The translations under genes and the position numbers were made by a program. 64,000 nucleotides of DNA from Octopus sinensis. Taxonomy: Eukaryota. Location of the stretch: contig NC_043008.1 of NCBI RefSeq assembly GCF_006345805.1, positions 77,314,001 to 77,378,000 of the forward strand, written 5' to 3'. Of this stretch, positions 63,131 to 64,000 are shown piece by piece; position 1 is the first letter of the stretch, and every line of letters starts with the position of its first letter. The notes under the pieces were generated by a model. The model did no database searches. It was not told where the DNA came from and saw only the letters and a list, made by a program, of their open reading frames with translations.

Positions 63131-63454
63131 GTGTAGATCTTTTCACTTGTGACATGTTCACTACATTTACCCAAATTCTTACAAATTTATTGAGGGTGGG
63201 GAGCACCTCCCTCTTAACCCTCACTTTTCTTTCCAAGTGGAACTTAAAAAAAAGGTTGGCTAAAAAGGAAAATGTCTGTCTTAAATCCTTTCTGTCTTAA
63301 ATCCTTTCAACCTCTTTCACCACAACCATCACACGTCTGCCCTTCCCTGCCAAAAGAAGATGGTAAGGTGATCTTCTCAATGCAATCAGATGATATACTC
63401 CTCCATTTATATATATATATCATACATACATATATATCATACATACATATATAT

Positions 63455-63870
63455 GTATGACAGGCTATGCTAAGTTTCCCTCTACTCACAAGACTTTGGT
63501 TAGGCTTTCATTATCTTTGGTCAGTTGCAGTAGAAGTCACTTGCTCAAGGTACCATATAATGGAACTGAATCTGGAACCATGTAGATATTTGTATGTATG
63601 TCTTTGTGTTTGTCCCAAACTAAAACTTGAAAAAAGTTCTTGGTTTGTTTATGTCACCGTAACCAAGTACTTCAGCAAAAAAAATCAATAGAATAAGAAT
63701 GAGGCTTAAGAAAAAAAAAGTACTATGGTTAATTTGTTTACTTAGAATCCTTCAAGGTAGCGTCCTAGTATGCCTGCAGTCCTATGACTGAAACAAGTAA
63801 AAGATAAAGTTGATATATATATATATATATATTCTTTTACTTGTTTCAGTCATTTAACTGCAGCCATGCT
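63455..63870. mobile_element. Degenerate SINE-A pieces in both orientations
   Basis: Minus-strand head and body 63455-63580, plus-strand tail 63590-63810, minus-strand tail 63830-63870. Confidence 0.65.
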
Positions 63871-64000
63871 TAAAAGAGTGAATTCTATGTATGCATGAAC
63901 ATGAAACCACACCTTTATGTTTTTATGACAAGTGGGCTACCATTTACACCAACATATTCATGTATGTATGTATGTATATATATGTATATATATATATATA

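Noticed and set aside
2915-63691. Dozens of ORF-track entries rich in poly-I, poly-N, poly-P, poly-G, CV, HT, YI or MYVC
   Set aside because: They are translations of (TTA)n, (CCA)n, (CA)n, (TA)n and (TATG)n microsatellites, with no domain signal or splice support.
58784-64000. Further upstream THSD4-like exons
   Set aside because: No Cys-rich reading frame with suitable splice sites was found by eye. The 63307-63489 ORF (CDGCG) lacks splice signals and domain pattern. A very short exon could have been missed.

Overview
AT-rich, microsatellite- and transposon-dense animal genomic DNA. The SINE and RTE repeat families look like those of Octopus; this rests on recall of those families, not a search. 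One protein-coding gene crosses the whole window on the minus strand, an ADAMTS-like secreted matrix protein closest to THSD4/ADAMTSL6. I reconstructed 8 exons by hand: 58783-58579, 57872-57700, 55959-55212, 25968-25839, 10296-10092, 9787-9617, 3868-3695 and 54-1 (partial). All 7 introns are GT-AG and phase-compatible, giving 1860 nt / 620 aa of open frame: end of the Cys-rich module, ADAMTS spacer, a long His/Arg/Asn/Ser-rich linker, then 4 complete TSP1 repeats and the start of a fifth. Three exons (58579-58783, 9617-9787, 3695-3868) and the partial one are absent from the ORF track. The introns (0.3-29 kb) hold non-LTR retrotransposon pieces (CR1-, RTE-, BovB-, Tx1- and R4/Dong-like), Penelope-like elements (PLEs), mariners, Helitrons, hAT-type MITEs, two tRNA-type SINE families and several foldback elements. 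The most notable observations are minimal hammerhead ribozyme motifs in the PLE remnants (one in the sense of the host pre-mRNA), a CR1 insertion flanked by a ~275-bp duplication of a SINE, a 3' tail shared between a SINE and a second element, and many long intronic inverted repeats. I see no convincing evidence of a wholly new biological system. Repeat boundaries are approximate (tens of bp) unless TIRs or TSDs are quoted.
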